From positions 499,362-563,361 of the forward strand of contig NW_015173687.1 of NCBI RefSeq assembly GCF_001447785.1: a stretch of DNA of 64,000 bases, in the 5' to 3' direction. Every line of letters begins with the position of its first letter. The stretch's first letter is position 1. This DNA is from Gekko japonicus. Its lineage: Eukaryota. Position numbers and translations under genes: made by a program. This document shows, in pieces, positions 52,990 through 64,000 of the stretch. The notes beneath the pieces are model-generated. The model did no database searches. It saw only the letters and a list, made by a program, of their open reading frames with translations, and was not told the DNA's origin.

Positions 52990-53745
52990 AAAGCTCCATT
53001 TCTGGTCAAATTTTTCATCTGATTTGCCAGCCAAAAACATATTTAACTTATCCATTTCCATCACCTCAACCAATTTGTTTATCAACTCATCCCTGTTTGG
53101 TATTAAGTCTGACTTCCAATTTCTTGCAATACAGATTCTGGACATGGTAATTAAGTATACAATAATACATAAATCATTATATTTTATACCGTAGGGTGTA
53201 ATGTTTAATAGAAAAGTTTCAGGAGTTAAAGGCAAGTCTATTTCAGTAATATCCTTTATCAGCTGCTTGGTGTTTTTCCAAAAAGTTACTATTTTTTCAC
53301 ATTTCCACCAAATGTGTAAGTACAATCCTCTATTATTTTTACATCTCCAGCAGTTCCCTGGAACATTTTTGTAATCTATCCGGCGTCCAGTGCCACCTAT
53401 AGATCATTTTCAAAATATTTTCTTTATAGGATACTGCTCTTAATAGTTTAATTGTTTTCCAGGACTTTTCCCAATCTTCTCTCTTTATCTTATGACCCAA
53501 GTCTTTTTCCCATTTAATCATAAATGGTTTGACCCCATCTTTATTTAGATCATCTTCTAATAGTAGGTTATATATTTTTCCAATCTGTTTTTCTGGTTCA
53601 TATAACCAACTTTTATCCAATTGTGTCTTTTCAGCATAGAAACCTGTTTTTTTTTTAATCTTTTGTGTATCTTGAGATCAATTGGTTCTTTTCCCATATT
53701 GATAGATTCATATTTAGACCCTGTAATACTTCTCCTACCAGGACA
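52990..53745 (-). mobile_element. L1/Tx1-type ORF2 3' fragment
   Basis: KMIYRWHWTPDRL...YLHIWWKCEKIVTFWK...IARNWKS; frameshifted. Confidence 0.75.
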
Positions 53746-54550
53746 AATTTTGATTTTTGGCTGAAAAGATGCTCTGTACAGCAGATGGCACGGGGAAGAG
53801 AACGAGAAAAGAGGCCTGCTTTAGGCCATGTTTCAGGGACTCGTGACTGAGAGAAGACTTCAGTTGGGGTCTCATACGCTAGCATCCTTTTACCTCTTAC
53901 ATCCTAGGTGGGTTCCTGCNNNNNNNNNNNNNNNNNCTGAAGGTATAGTGGGGGTGGGGGAATCACCTCTCTGGATTCAGGACAGTCAAGTTTATTCACA
54001 AAGGACTGCTTGTGATGTCCCCCCGCCACAAGATCTAAAGGTTTTTTTCCTCCTTCCCCCTCCACAACGAGAAATGAATGGTGCAGGGCTGCACTTAATA
54101 AAGATCCTTGGAAACTGTTTTGCTTAAATTCTTTCTGATCACTACTTGTGGAGGCCAGGAAGGAATCTTCTCACAATTCAGACTGGCTATTAACCTCAAA
54201 CTCATTGTGCTTTCTGCTGCCTCACTTAAGCTCTCTCTAATTATTTACTTCATGGGCATCTTGATGCAATATATACAATCAGGAAAAAGGTGCCAGGAAC
54301 TTCTCTGTTTTGCCTTGCTCCTGCTGAAATCCTTGCCTCCCCAGCTTACCACTGCCTTCGATGCAGCTATTTGAGAACAGAAAGCAGCTAGGAATTCCTC
54401 CTTCATATCTGGATCCAACTGAGCCAATGATACAGAACTTTTGTACTAAGTTGTAATACCGTTTGCCTTTGGAAGCCAAAGTTTGCAGACTAGTGGGATG
54501 AGAATTATAATAAATATCTCTGCTCTATGAGATCTGGTCAGCATAAGTTA

Positions 54551-54745
<195 letters not shown>

Positions 54746-54893
54746 TCATTAGGAAGGGGCTGTGCTCCCTTCAGTCTAGGCTGCCAGACACCTACGATCT
54801 CACTGGATGCCCTCCCAACACCCCGGCTTCCCTCTTCTGCACAAGATGCAAGAAGTAGTGGAGAAATGGAAGACAGGGGGCTGGGAATCCTTA

Positions 54894-54989
<96 letters not shown>

Positions 54990-55452
54990 CTAAAAGAGGT
55001 GGGAAGGGAAAATACACATACGTTACCATCAGAACAATCAAAGTGTTAACTCAGAGAGAGCAGAGCCAAGAGGAGCAAAAGGGAACATGAGCTGCCCTCT
55101 CCCCAAATGAATCAAAAAGTGGCACTATCTTTTCTACAAATGAAATTGCATTACATGGAACCAGACCGCTGGTCTGTCTAGCTCCACACTGTTTCCTCTA
55201 AGTCTCAGGACCAGAATCTACAGCTAAAATCTTTTAACTGGAGATGGCATGGATTGAACCAGGGGCCCTTCAGCAGGAACAGGAAAAGCACATGCTCTAT
55301 CTCTGAACTGGGGGGGGGGGCGAGGGGGGAAGAGCAGACAGAAAGAAAAGCTCTGCCTTCCAAGGTAACTCAAAGCCTCGAGACTTAGAGATGAGTCTGG
55401 GCTGCAGCTATCCTGTGCCCGGAAGGTTAGCCATGGCAGAAGGAGTCCTAAC

Positions 55453-55546
55453 CCTCAAAGATTTGTGCAGCTCCTGTTTCTGAGATGTCCTTGTGGCTTC
55501 AGGGATGTCCTTCAGCAGCCGGGCCTCTTCCAGCCGCCTCATGGCC
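55453..55546 (-). CDS. PRPF4: PRPF4 exon 6
   Basis: [31 protein letters not shown]|gttagg. Confidence 0.94.
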
Positions 55547-55717
55547 CTGGGACAGGAACAATGGCAGATGCATTAGGCCTTCCACAAACAGCCGGCCTGC
55601 TAGTCATCCTGATGAGTTTTTCAGCCAGCTGCATCCTGCCTTTTTGCCAATGTGTGTTTAAAGACCCTGCATATCCAGGCCCTTGTTGGAGCTGACATTA
55701 TGTCCCCAGTGTCTTAC

Positions 55718-55797
55718 CGAGGGAGGGAGTAGTTGGCAATCCACAGTCTGGCGGTTTTCAGGGTGTTTGGTCCTTCATGGTACCAGGTTTGTTGATA
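55718..55797 (-). CDS. PRPF4: PRPF4 exon 5
   Basis: YQQTWYHEGPNTLKTARLWIANYSLPR. Confidence 0.95.
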
Positions 55798-56808
55798 CTA
55801 AGGCAGCCAAAAAACAACAACAACCCAGAAACCTCAAGTGAGATTTGGTTAGTAGACGAGGCCATCAGAGGGAGGGAAGGAAGCAACCAGTCATCCCCCC
55901 CAGCATGCCTCGATCCAGCTGAGAGTCCCCCTCACCAAAGCACATTTTGCACCGAGTTGTAATAGTCAGGTCTTGATTTTTGTGAATTGCTTTGAGAGCC
56001 AATTTTTTGGGTGATGCCAGCATAAAGGCTACAATGAACAAGTAGGATAATGACTTTGCTTTTTATAATTAGTGACATGAGACATTATTAATTGTACTAA
56101 TCGACAATTCTTTACTGCATTTACAGCATGTGTATCAAAGCTCTGGGGCCTTTTATGAGGCCCCAGTACAAGAAATTTGCAGTATGTATATGTCTGTGCG
56201 TGAGTGTATCCAGATTAATCATGACACCTTTTTAGTTAATCAGAAGGTATTTACAGTGCAGTCTCAAGCAGAATTCTACTAAATCCATTAAAGTTCATGG
56301 ACTTAGAATGGGGTAACTCTGCTTAGGACTGCACTGTTAACCCATTAACCTAACATGGTGATTTTTAACCTTTGTAGACTCGCTGTGCTGCAAGCAGATG
56401 ACATCAGTATCATGTGACAGGAACAGAAAGGACCAAAATTACGTCTGGTGTTAAGACCAGGACCCTGAACAGGAGACCAAGAGAGCTGAGGACAGGAAAT
56501 ATAAACTGAGCACCAAGACAAGTAACATAGTGAGGAACGAGCCAAAGGTCCAAACCAATGAAGAATCCTCTCCACAACTAAGTGACTTGCAGTCTAGCTG
56601 TTACTCTAAGCATGCATGCAAAGGTAAGAAGGTGCTCTGCTTTCTATCCGTGCATGTCTGCAGGTTCTTCTGGAGCTTGTGACTCAGAAGATGTTCTATA
56701 ACCCCACTGGCCTAGCAGACTGAAAACTGCAGTCCTAATTGAACCATATAGGATGTCCAGGAAAAAGAAAGAACTCCGAAGGGCACTAAAAGGCTTTCCC
56801 AGAGGTTA

Positions 56809-56946
<138 letters not shown>

Positions 56947-57027
56947 TCAGCTAACTCTGGTTAGATTCAAGCCAGCTCTGTAAGAAAAACACAGAGCATG
57001 GGTGACATTCCTCCACAGTTTCCCTCA

Positions 57028-57240
<213 letters not shown>

Positions 57241-58455
57241 TTAGATCAGACTGCCACTGAGTCAGGGCCAGAAAGCACTTCTCCTTCTAAGATGTCCCCT
57301 ACAAACCTGGCTCTCTCGGAATAAGTGGCTAGGTTCAACTTGCTTTGTTTCCATCAAGCCATAAGCAGCAAATGTGGCACTCTTGCCCTCTTTTCTTCAG
57401 ACCCCAACAACAAACAGCTTTTTGGGGAAGCCTTTGCTTTAATCTTAGTCCTTATCTGCAACTAAAACTAAGGCGTAACTACAGAAAAGAGCAAGAGTCC
57501 AGTAGCACATTAAAGACTAACAAAGCATGTGGCAAGGCAGGAACTTTCATGAGTCACTGGCAATGCTCCCTCTAAGCTGTGGGGTCTTGTGAGCAAAAAT
57601 TCTACATTGTGAGCTATTGGCAATAAAAGTTCTGAGCAAGTGATTTGGCTGCTGCATAAATTAGTCTGCTCTGGAGCCATCCCTTCCTGCGCTAAGACAA
57701 AAATGTGTGAGCCGGAGACTAGAAAACTGTGAGCTGGCTCACACCAACTCAGCTTAGAGGGAACACTGGTCACTTCTGCTACTCTCAGCACTGGCATATA
57801 TTTACACCTTAACCATCCTTCCTTGCTTTGTTGCACTCCCCCCAGCACATTTAAATGATAAGCCTCTTGAGTTTTCTTGGTCACTTGTTATCTTCCTGAT
57901 ACATTTGCATTATGATACACTTCTCACTTTCTTCAAATCCCTCCTCAAAACCCACCAATTCTACAAAGGCTTTGGCACAACCCTTCACCTCCTCCACTCA
58001 TTAAACCTAAGCACAGGTAACAGAAATGAATATAGATTCTTCCTGTTTCTCCCTACCTCCAATTACTTCAAATGTTGAACTGGAATCTCCTTGGGGCAAG
58101 GCTCTATTTTCTTAGTTTATAAAATGCAGTGGTAGTTCTGAAAAGTTGCAGCCAACTTATGGGGACCCCTTACAATTTTCAAGGCGAGACATGTTCAGAG
58201 GTGGTTTGTCATTGCCTGCCTCTGCATAGCAACTCTAGACTTCCTTGGTGGTCTCCCACCCAAATACTAACCAAGGCCAACCCTGCTTAACTTCCAAAAT
58301 CAGGCTAGCCAGGGGCACCCAGGTCAGGGCATAAAACGCACATCTGTTAATAATGCCTCCACATTAGACAGCAGCCTTTCTTCTGAACCAGTGGCAGCAT
58401 TCACATCTCACACTTTCACATCCAGGTGCACATATGGCTCATGGCCACTTCTTAC

Positions 58456-58633
58456 CAGTTGTGATGTTGATATTGCCAGCCTCAATTGCAGCTTTGACCG
58501 CATCCCTGCTCAGCATCCCTGACTCCCCCTTGGAGAGTCGATCTCGTTCCTTCTCCTCCAGGCTTCCATAAAAAATAGGGGCCTTCTTGGCAGGAGGTGC
58601 ATCACTCTCATCTGAAGCCTTACTTTTTGCACC
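58456..58633 (-). CDS. PRPF4: PRPF4 exon 2
   Basis: GAKSKASD...[20 protein letters not shown]...[11 protein letters not shown]|gtaag. Confidence 0.95.
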
Positions 58634-58823
58634 CTGCAGGGGGGGGGGAAAACCCCTCTCAGCACAGGCACAAGAGTGAACATGGTTTACCCACCCACCT
58701 TCTCGAATGGTGTTACCACAAGATGAACTATACACGGGAGAAAGGAATTCTCTCTTCTCTGCCTCGTGCTTTGCTTTGAAAAATAGAAAAAAAACCCATC
58801 CCTTTTGCCTGATGGTAAGGATG

Positions 58824-61162
58824 GAAAGGTTAACAGAGTTTTGTCAAGAGAACACACTGGTCATAGCGAACACCCTTTTCCAACAACCTAAGAGGCGACT
58901 CTACACATGGACATCACCAGATGGGCAACACCGAAATCAGATTGACTATGTAATTTGCAGTCAAAGATGGAGAAGCTCTATCCAGTCAGTAAAAACAAGA
59001 CCTGGGGCTGACTGTGGTTCAGATCATGAGCTACTCATTGCAAAATTCAGACTTAAACTGAAGAAAATTGGGAAAACCACGAGGCCATTCAGGTTTGACC
59101 TAGATCGCATCCCTGATGAATATACAGTAGAGGTGAAGAATAGATTCAAGGGTCTAGATTTGATAGATAGAGTACCTGAAGAACTATGGACGGAGGTTCG
59201 TGACATTGTACAGGAGGCAGCAATCACCACCATCCCAAAGAAAAAGAAATGCAAGAAAGCAAAGTGGCTGTCTGATGAGGCTTTACAAATAGCAGAGGAA
59301 AGAAGGAAAGCGAAAGGCAAAGGCGAAAAGGAAAGATTTACCCAACTGAATGCAGATTTCCAGAGAACAGCAAGGAGAGATAAGGAGGCCTTCCTGAATG
59401 AACAGTGCAAAGTAATAGAAGAAAACAATAGAATGGGAAGGACTAGAGATCTCTTCAAGAAAATTGGAGAAATCAAGGGAGCGTTCCATGCAAAGCTGGC
59501 CATGATAAAGGACAAAAACGGTAGGGACCTAACAGAAGCAGAAGAGATTAGGAAAAGATGGCAAGAATACACAGAAGAACTATACAAGAAAGACCTCGAT
59601 GTCCTTGACAACCACGACGGTATAATCACTGACCTCGAGCCAGACATCCTGGAATGTGAAGTTAAATGGGCCTTAGAAAGCATTACTAACAACAAAGCTA
59701 GTGGAGGTGATGGTATCCCAGCTGAGCTATTCAAAGTCTTAGAAGATGATGCTGTTAAAGTTCTGCACTCCATTTGCCAGCAAATTTGGAAAACGCAACA
59801 GTGGCCACAGGATTGGAAAAGATCAGTATACATTCCAATCCCAAAGAAGGGCAATGCCAAGGAATGTTCAAACTATCGCACAATTGCACTCATATCACAC
59901 GCTAGCAAGGTCATGCTCAAGATCCTACAAGCTAGGCTTCAACAGTACATGGATAGAGAACTGCCAGAAGTACAAGCTGGGTTTCGAAGAGGTAGAGGAA
60001 CGAGAGATCATATTGCCAACATTCGCTGGATTATGGAGAAAGCAAGAGAGTACCAGAAAAATATCTACTTCTGCTTCATTGACTATGCTAAAGCCTTTGA
60101 CTGTGTGGATCACAACAAACTATGGCAGGTCCTTAAAGAGATGGGAGTACCAGACCACCTCACATGTCTCTTGAGAAACCTGTATAAGGGCCAAGAAGCG
60201 ACAGTTAGAACCGGATACGGAACAACTGATTGGTTCAGCATAGGAAAAGGAGTACGACAAGGATGTATACTGTCACCTTGCTTATTTAATATATATGCAG
60301 AGTACATCATGCGAAATGCTGGCCTGGATGAATCACAAGCGGGAATTAAGATTGCTGGGGAAAAGATCAACAACCTCAGATATGCAGATGATACCACTCT
60401 AATGGCTGAAAGTGAAAAGGATCTAAAGAGCCTCTTGCTCAGAGTAAAAGAGGAGAGCGCAAAAGTGGGCTTGAAGCTCAACATCAAAAAAACTAAGATC
60501 ATGGCATCCGGCCCCATCACTCCTTGGCAAATAGAAGGGGAAGTCGTGGAAGTAGTGACAGACTTCACGTTCCTGGGATCCCAGATCACCGCAGACTGTG
60601 ACTGCAGCCATGAAATTAAAAGACGCCTGCTCCTTGGGAGGAAAGCGATGGCGAACCTAAACAGCATGATAAAAAGTAGAGACATCACCCTGCCAACAAA
60701 AGTCCGCATGGTCAAAGCAATGGTATTCCCAGTAGTCATGTATGGCTGTGAGAGTTGGACTATAAGGAAGGCCGAGCGCCGAAGAATAGATTCTTTTGAA
60801 CTATGGTGCTGGAGAAGACTCTTGAGAGTCCCTTGGACTGCAAAAAGATCAAATCAGTCAATCCTAAAAGAAATCAACCCTGACTGTTCCCTGGAAGGCC
60901 AGATAATGAAACTGAAGCTCAAATACTTTGGCCACCAAATGAGAAGGGAGCACTCACTGGAGAAGACCCTGATGCTGGGAAAGATTGAAGGTCAAAGAAG
61001 ACGGGGACGGCAAAGGATGAGATGGTTGGACAGTGTCATCGACGCAACGAACATGAAATTGAGCCAACTTCAGAGGACAGCGGAAGACAGGAAGGCCTGG
61101 CGGGAGCTGGTCCATGGGGTCGCAAAGAGTCGGACTCGACTGTGCGACTGAACAACAACAAC
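58824..61162 (+). mobile_element. 5'-truncated RTE-BovB LINE with uninterrupted endonuclease C-terminus plus RT ORF
   Basis: YTWTSPDGQHRNQIDY, SDHELL, FIDYAKAFD, GVRQGCILSP, NNLRYADD; (CAA)n tail; TSD AAGGATG at 58817-58823 and 61163-61169. Confidence 0.95.
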
Positions 61163-61304
61163 AAGGATGCCGCGGTAGTCCACCCTGGTTTAATCTCCGG
61201 GCCCGGGGCATATATTTTTGCCCCGCTAGTGTCCACGATTAACTCAACTTTTCCTTATCTATCCTCTTTCCATTCTACGTATGTAGTAAAAGAATTAAAC
61301 ATAC

Positions 61305-61382
61305 AGTTTCTCGTTCAGGGAGAGTTGGAAACTTCCTCGCAGACACAGATTTGCTCGCTGCGGTGAGCCTTGACGCCGCCAT
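61305..61382 (-). CDS. PRPF4: PRPF4 exon 1 (3' end uncertain: GC donor after 61359 or GT donor after 61305)
   Basis: ATG GCG GCG TCA AGG (MAASRLTA) in the CpG promoter; both candidate donors are phase 0. Confidence 0.7.
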
Positions 61383-61689
61383 CACGCTCCCTTAACGCTT
61401 CTCTTAGCCCGAAAAGACCATCTGAACACCGCCGGGCAAAGCACTTCCGGGTCTCCGGATCAGACGCTTCCCTTAGCAACGATGGAACGCCCATTCAGTC
61501 CTAGAGGCGCGCCGCTCTAGGCTTGTTTTGGCCCGCTCTGTCTGTGGCCACACTGCGAGCCGTTCCTCACAAGCACTTCCGGGTGTCTGGCAGCGTGGAG
61601 ATTACGGGATGCTCAGAGGCCCCGGAGGCGAGTAGCTCAGTGGGAGACGGCCGTGGTTCCGTCGTGGGTTGTTTTGAGCCGCTCTCAGG
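61383..61689. promoter_or_regulatory. Bidirectional CpG promoter of PRPF4 and CDC26
   Basis: ATGs about 307 bp apart; two AAGCACTTCCGGGT ETS/GABP sites (61439-61452, 61571-61584); CTTAGCAAC RFX half-site; GGCGCGCC. Confidence 0.85.
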
Positions 61690-61770
61690 ATGCTGCGGCG
61701 GAAGCCGACGCGTCTTGAGCTGAAGTTGGATGACATCGACGAATTCGAGGGCGCCAGGAAGGAGCTCGAG
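61690..61770 (+). CDS. CDC26: APC/C subunit CDC26, coding exon 1
   Basis: [27 protein letters not shown]|gtaaga. Confidence 0.96.
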
Positions 61771-61882
61771 GTAAGAGACGTTGTGGCTAAACGTGTGCTA
61801 GAATTGCCAACAGAGGTTTAATAAGTGGAAATTGGGAGGTTTTCATGAGAAGGCAAATAATACCCTGTTAAGCTTGTACTAA

Positions 61883-62228
61883 GGGAGCTGCGGTGGCTCA
61901 AGTGGTTAAGACGCTGAACTGCAGGCTGTGGAAGGTCGGTAGTTCAGCAGTTCGAGACCCGAGTTGCCGCATGACGGAGTGAGCTCCCGTCTCTAGTTCC
62001 AGCTCTTGCCAACCTAGCAGTTCGAAAGCAAGACGTTGCAAGTAGATAAATAGGTACCACTTCGGTGGGAAGGTAACAGCGTTCCGTGCGCCTTGGTGTT
62101 TAGTCATGCCGGCCACATGGCCACGGAAACGTCTTCGGACAGCGCTGGCTCTTCGGCTTTGAAACGGAGATGAGCACCGCAACCCTAGAGTCGAACTCGA
62201 CTGGCTTTCGAGCAAGGGAACCTTTACC
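61883..62228 (+). mobile_element. Sauria SINE in the CDC26 intron
   Basis: tRNA-like head (GGTGGCTCAAGTGG...GTTCGAGACC); ACCTTT tail; 14-bp TSD TAAGCTTGTACTAA at 61869-61882 and 62229-62242. Confidence 0.9.
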
Positions 62229-63108
62229 TAAGCTTGTACTAAAGGGGCATGGCACTTTTTCTCAAGTCAGTTAGTAGTCCTAATGTGAGTTGTGTGGAGA
62301 GAGTGCTCTCAAGTGTGTGCAAAGCGCCTAAGGAGACTAGCGTGAGTCTTTTTGCATGCAGAGGTGACTCTGCTAATGAGCCACAGCCTATCTGTTGCAT
62401 GAACCAAATAAAACAGGAAGCTGCTGCTGGAATAAATTTTGTTGGCCTTTAAGGTGCCACTTGACTCCTGTCTTTCTTTGTACAGAAAAATGTTTTGCTG
62501 CTTCTCCCAGGGACCTACTCAAGGCTTTTATTTTCCTGCTAAAGACTAATGTGTCTGCCCATTTGGAATTAATTGTTTTGCCTTATATTCCACCCTCCCT
62601 GCAAATAGGTTCAGAGTGGATGACAACAAAAGTTAAAACATTTCACAGTAAGAATTAAAACACCTCATAAAAATCATCCATTATAAAAAATCAAAGCAGA
62701 TTTAAACTGAACTATAAACAAAACAGATGGCAACAGCGCTTTAATATAGTAGCCACAGAACTGGAGCTGCTAGACCATAGACCAAACTATGGGTCTTCAC
62801 CTGATGGGCTGTTTGAAGATGGAAGGTTTCAGCAGGGGAGGCCAATAGATGGAATAATTGGATTCTTGCTGCCTCACTCAAAGGCCTGGCAGAACTGTAA
62901 TAGGTCCTACACGTTCCACCAGATCGGGGCCAGGGCAGAAAAAGCAGATACTGATCTGCTGAGTGCAAGGCTCTCTGGGGTGCATAATTTAAATTTACTT
63001 AATTTAAACTAAGAAGTTCAATATATGTGAACATAGGAAACTAGGGGGTAGATTTGGGAATCTTCTGTGTGCAGAACATGCTGCATTGTTGCCTCTCTTT
63101 TTTTGCAG

Positions 63109-63285
63109 AGTCGTAAAAAGCAGCGTGAAGAGGTGGATGTGGTGGGAGCCAGCGATGGTGAGGGAGCTCTGGGACTGAGTAACGACCACAAGAACCGGGA
63201 ACAGATGATCCATGACCGCATTGGTTACAAACCACAACCCAAACCAAATAATCGTTCTGCTCAGTTTGGAAATTTTGAATTTTAG
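63109..63285 (+). CDS. CDC26: CDC26 coding exon 2 (85 aa total)
   Basis: ttgcag|[13 protein letters not shown]...[29 protein letters not shown] stop; AATAAA at 63455-63460. Confidence 0.96.
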   Translation, partial: SRKKQREEVDVVGASDGEGALGLSNDHKNREQMIHDRIGYKPQPKPNNRSAQFGNFEF

Positions 63286-64000
63286 AAAATGGGAACTTTG
63301 TGCAAAGTAGGAATCCATCCGTGGTTATGAAAGGCTGATTTGGCTTGTCGTCTCTGGGATTTGTCCAACCAGGGGGAAGCCTTTTTCTTATGTGAAACTA
63401 AGACTGGATTCTCTTTATTTGAAGCTATCTTGCAACCTTAATTACTGTGTTTTAAATAAATGTGTGCTTTTTAAGTGGTGGTATACTGGTAACAGAAGTA
63501 GAATGGAAAGCCTTTTTGCACTGAGTTGGGGGTGGTAGCATTATGGGCTCTGCCAAAGTGAGGGGTTGTGGCTTAGTGGTAGAGCACATGCTTTGCATAC
63601 AGAAGGTTACTGAGTCAGTCCCCATTTAAAATGTATCTCTGCTATGAGGGATGCTCAAGAAATATTAGCAGTTATAAACAATAATGGGCTAGATCATTGG
63701 TACTGAAGAGCCACATTGGCAGTTCCCATCAACCGAGAGAGCCACATGACTGCTGTATGCCCTGGGCAGGCTCCCTCTAAACTGTGGAATCTTGTGAACA
63801 AAAACTCTACTTTGTGAGCTGCTGGTATTAAAGTTGTGAGCAAGCATTTTGGCTACTGCATAGATTAGTTTGCTCTGGAGCCATCCTTCCTGAGCTAAGA
63901 CAAAAATGTGTGAGCTGGAGGCTAAAAAACTGTGAGCTATCTCACACTAACTCAGCTTAGAGGGAACACCGCGCACTACCCAAATGCACATGAATAGTAA

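Noticed and set aside
59024-60739. Long antisense ORFs of 278 and 209 aa
   Set aside because: Shadow frames of the BovB RT ORF.
61883-61965. tRNA-like A/B boxes
   Set aside because: Head of a Sauria SINE flanked by TSDs; not a tRNA gene.

Overview
Vertebrate genomic DNA, most likely a squamate and probably a gecko (inferred from Sauria-type, Squam3-like and 5S-derived SINEs plus a BovB LINE). It holds the gene block syntenic with human 9q32: HDHD3 (+, 2305-3027), BSPRY (-, 6 exons, 6911-18049), WDR31 (+, 9 coding exons, 25086-33658), RNF183 (+, 43145-43708), PRPF4 (-, 14 exons, 46440-61382) and CDC26 (+, 2 coding exons, 61690-63285, sharing a promoter with PRPF4). I reconstructed all exons by hand from splice sites and reading-frame phase. 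Items beyond the expected block: an extra intact RNF223/RNF225-like RING-TM gene (37922-38533, -) head-to-head with RNF183; an apparent decayed trypsin-family (possibly PAMR1-like) protease gene between BSPRY and HDHD3, abutting a degenerate copy of BSPRY exon 5; an orphan CpG promoter and splice donor just after the WDR31 stop; odd splice sites (PRPF4 exon 1 donor, BSPRY last acceptor, SINE-supplied WDR31 acceptor); a young BovB with intact RT in PRPF4 intron 1; Penelope-like remnants with hammerhead motifs; and many hAT-type MITEs, some nested. Orthology and repeat-family calls rest on recalled sequences, not database searches.
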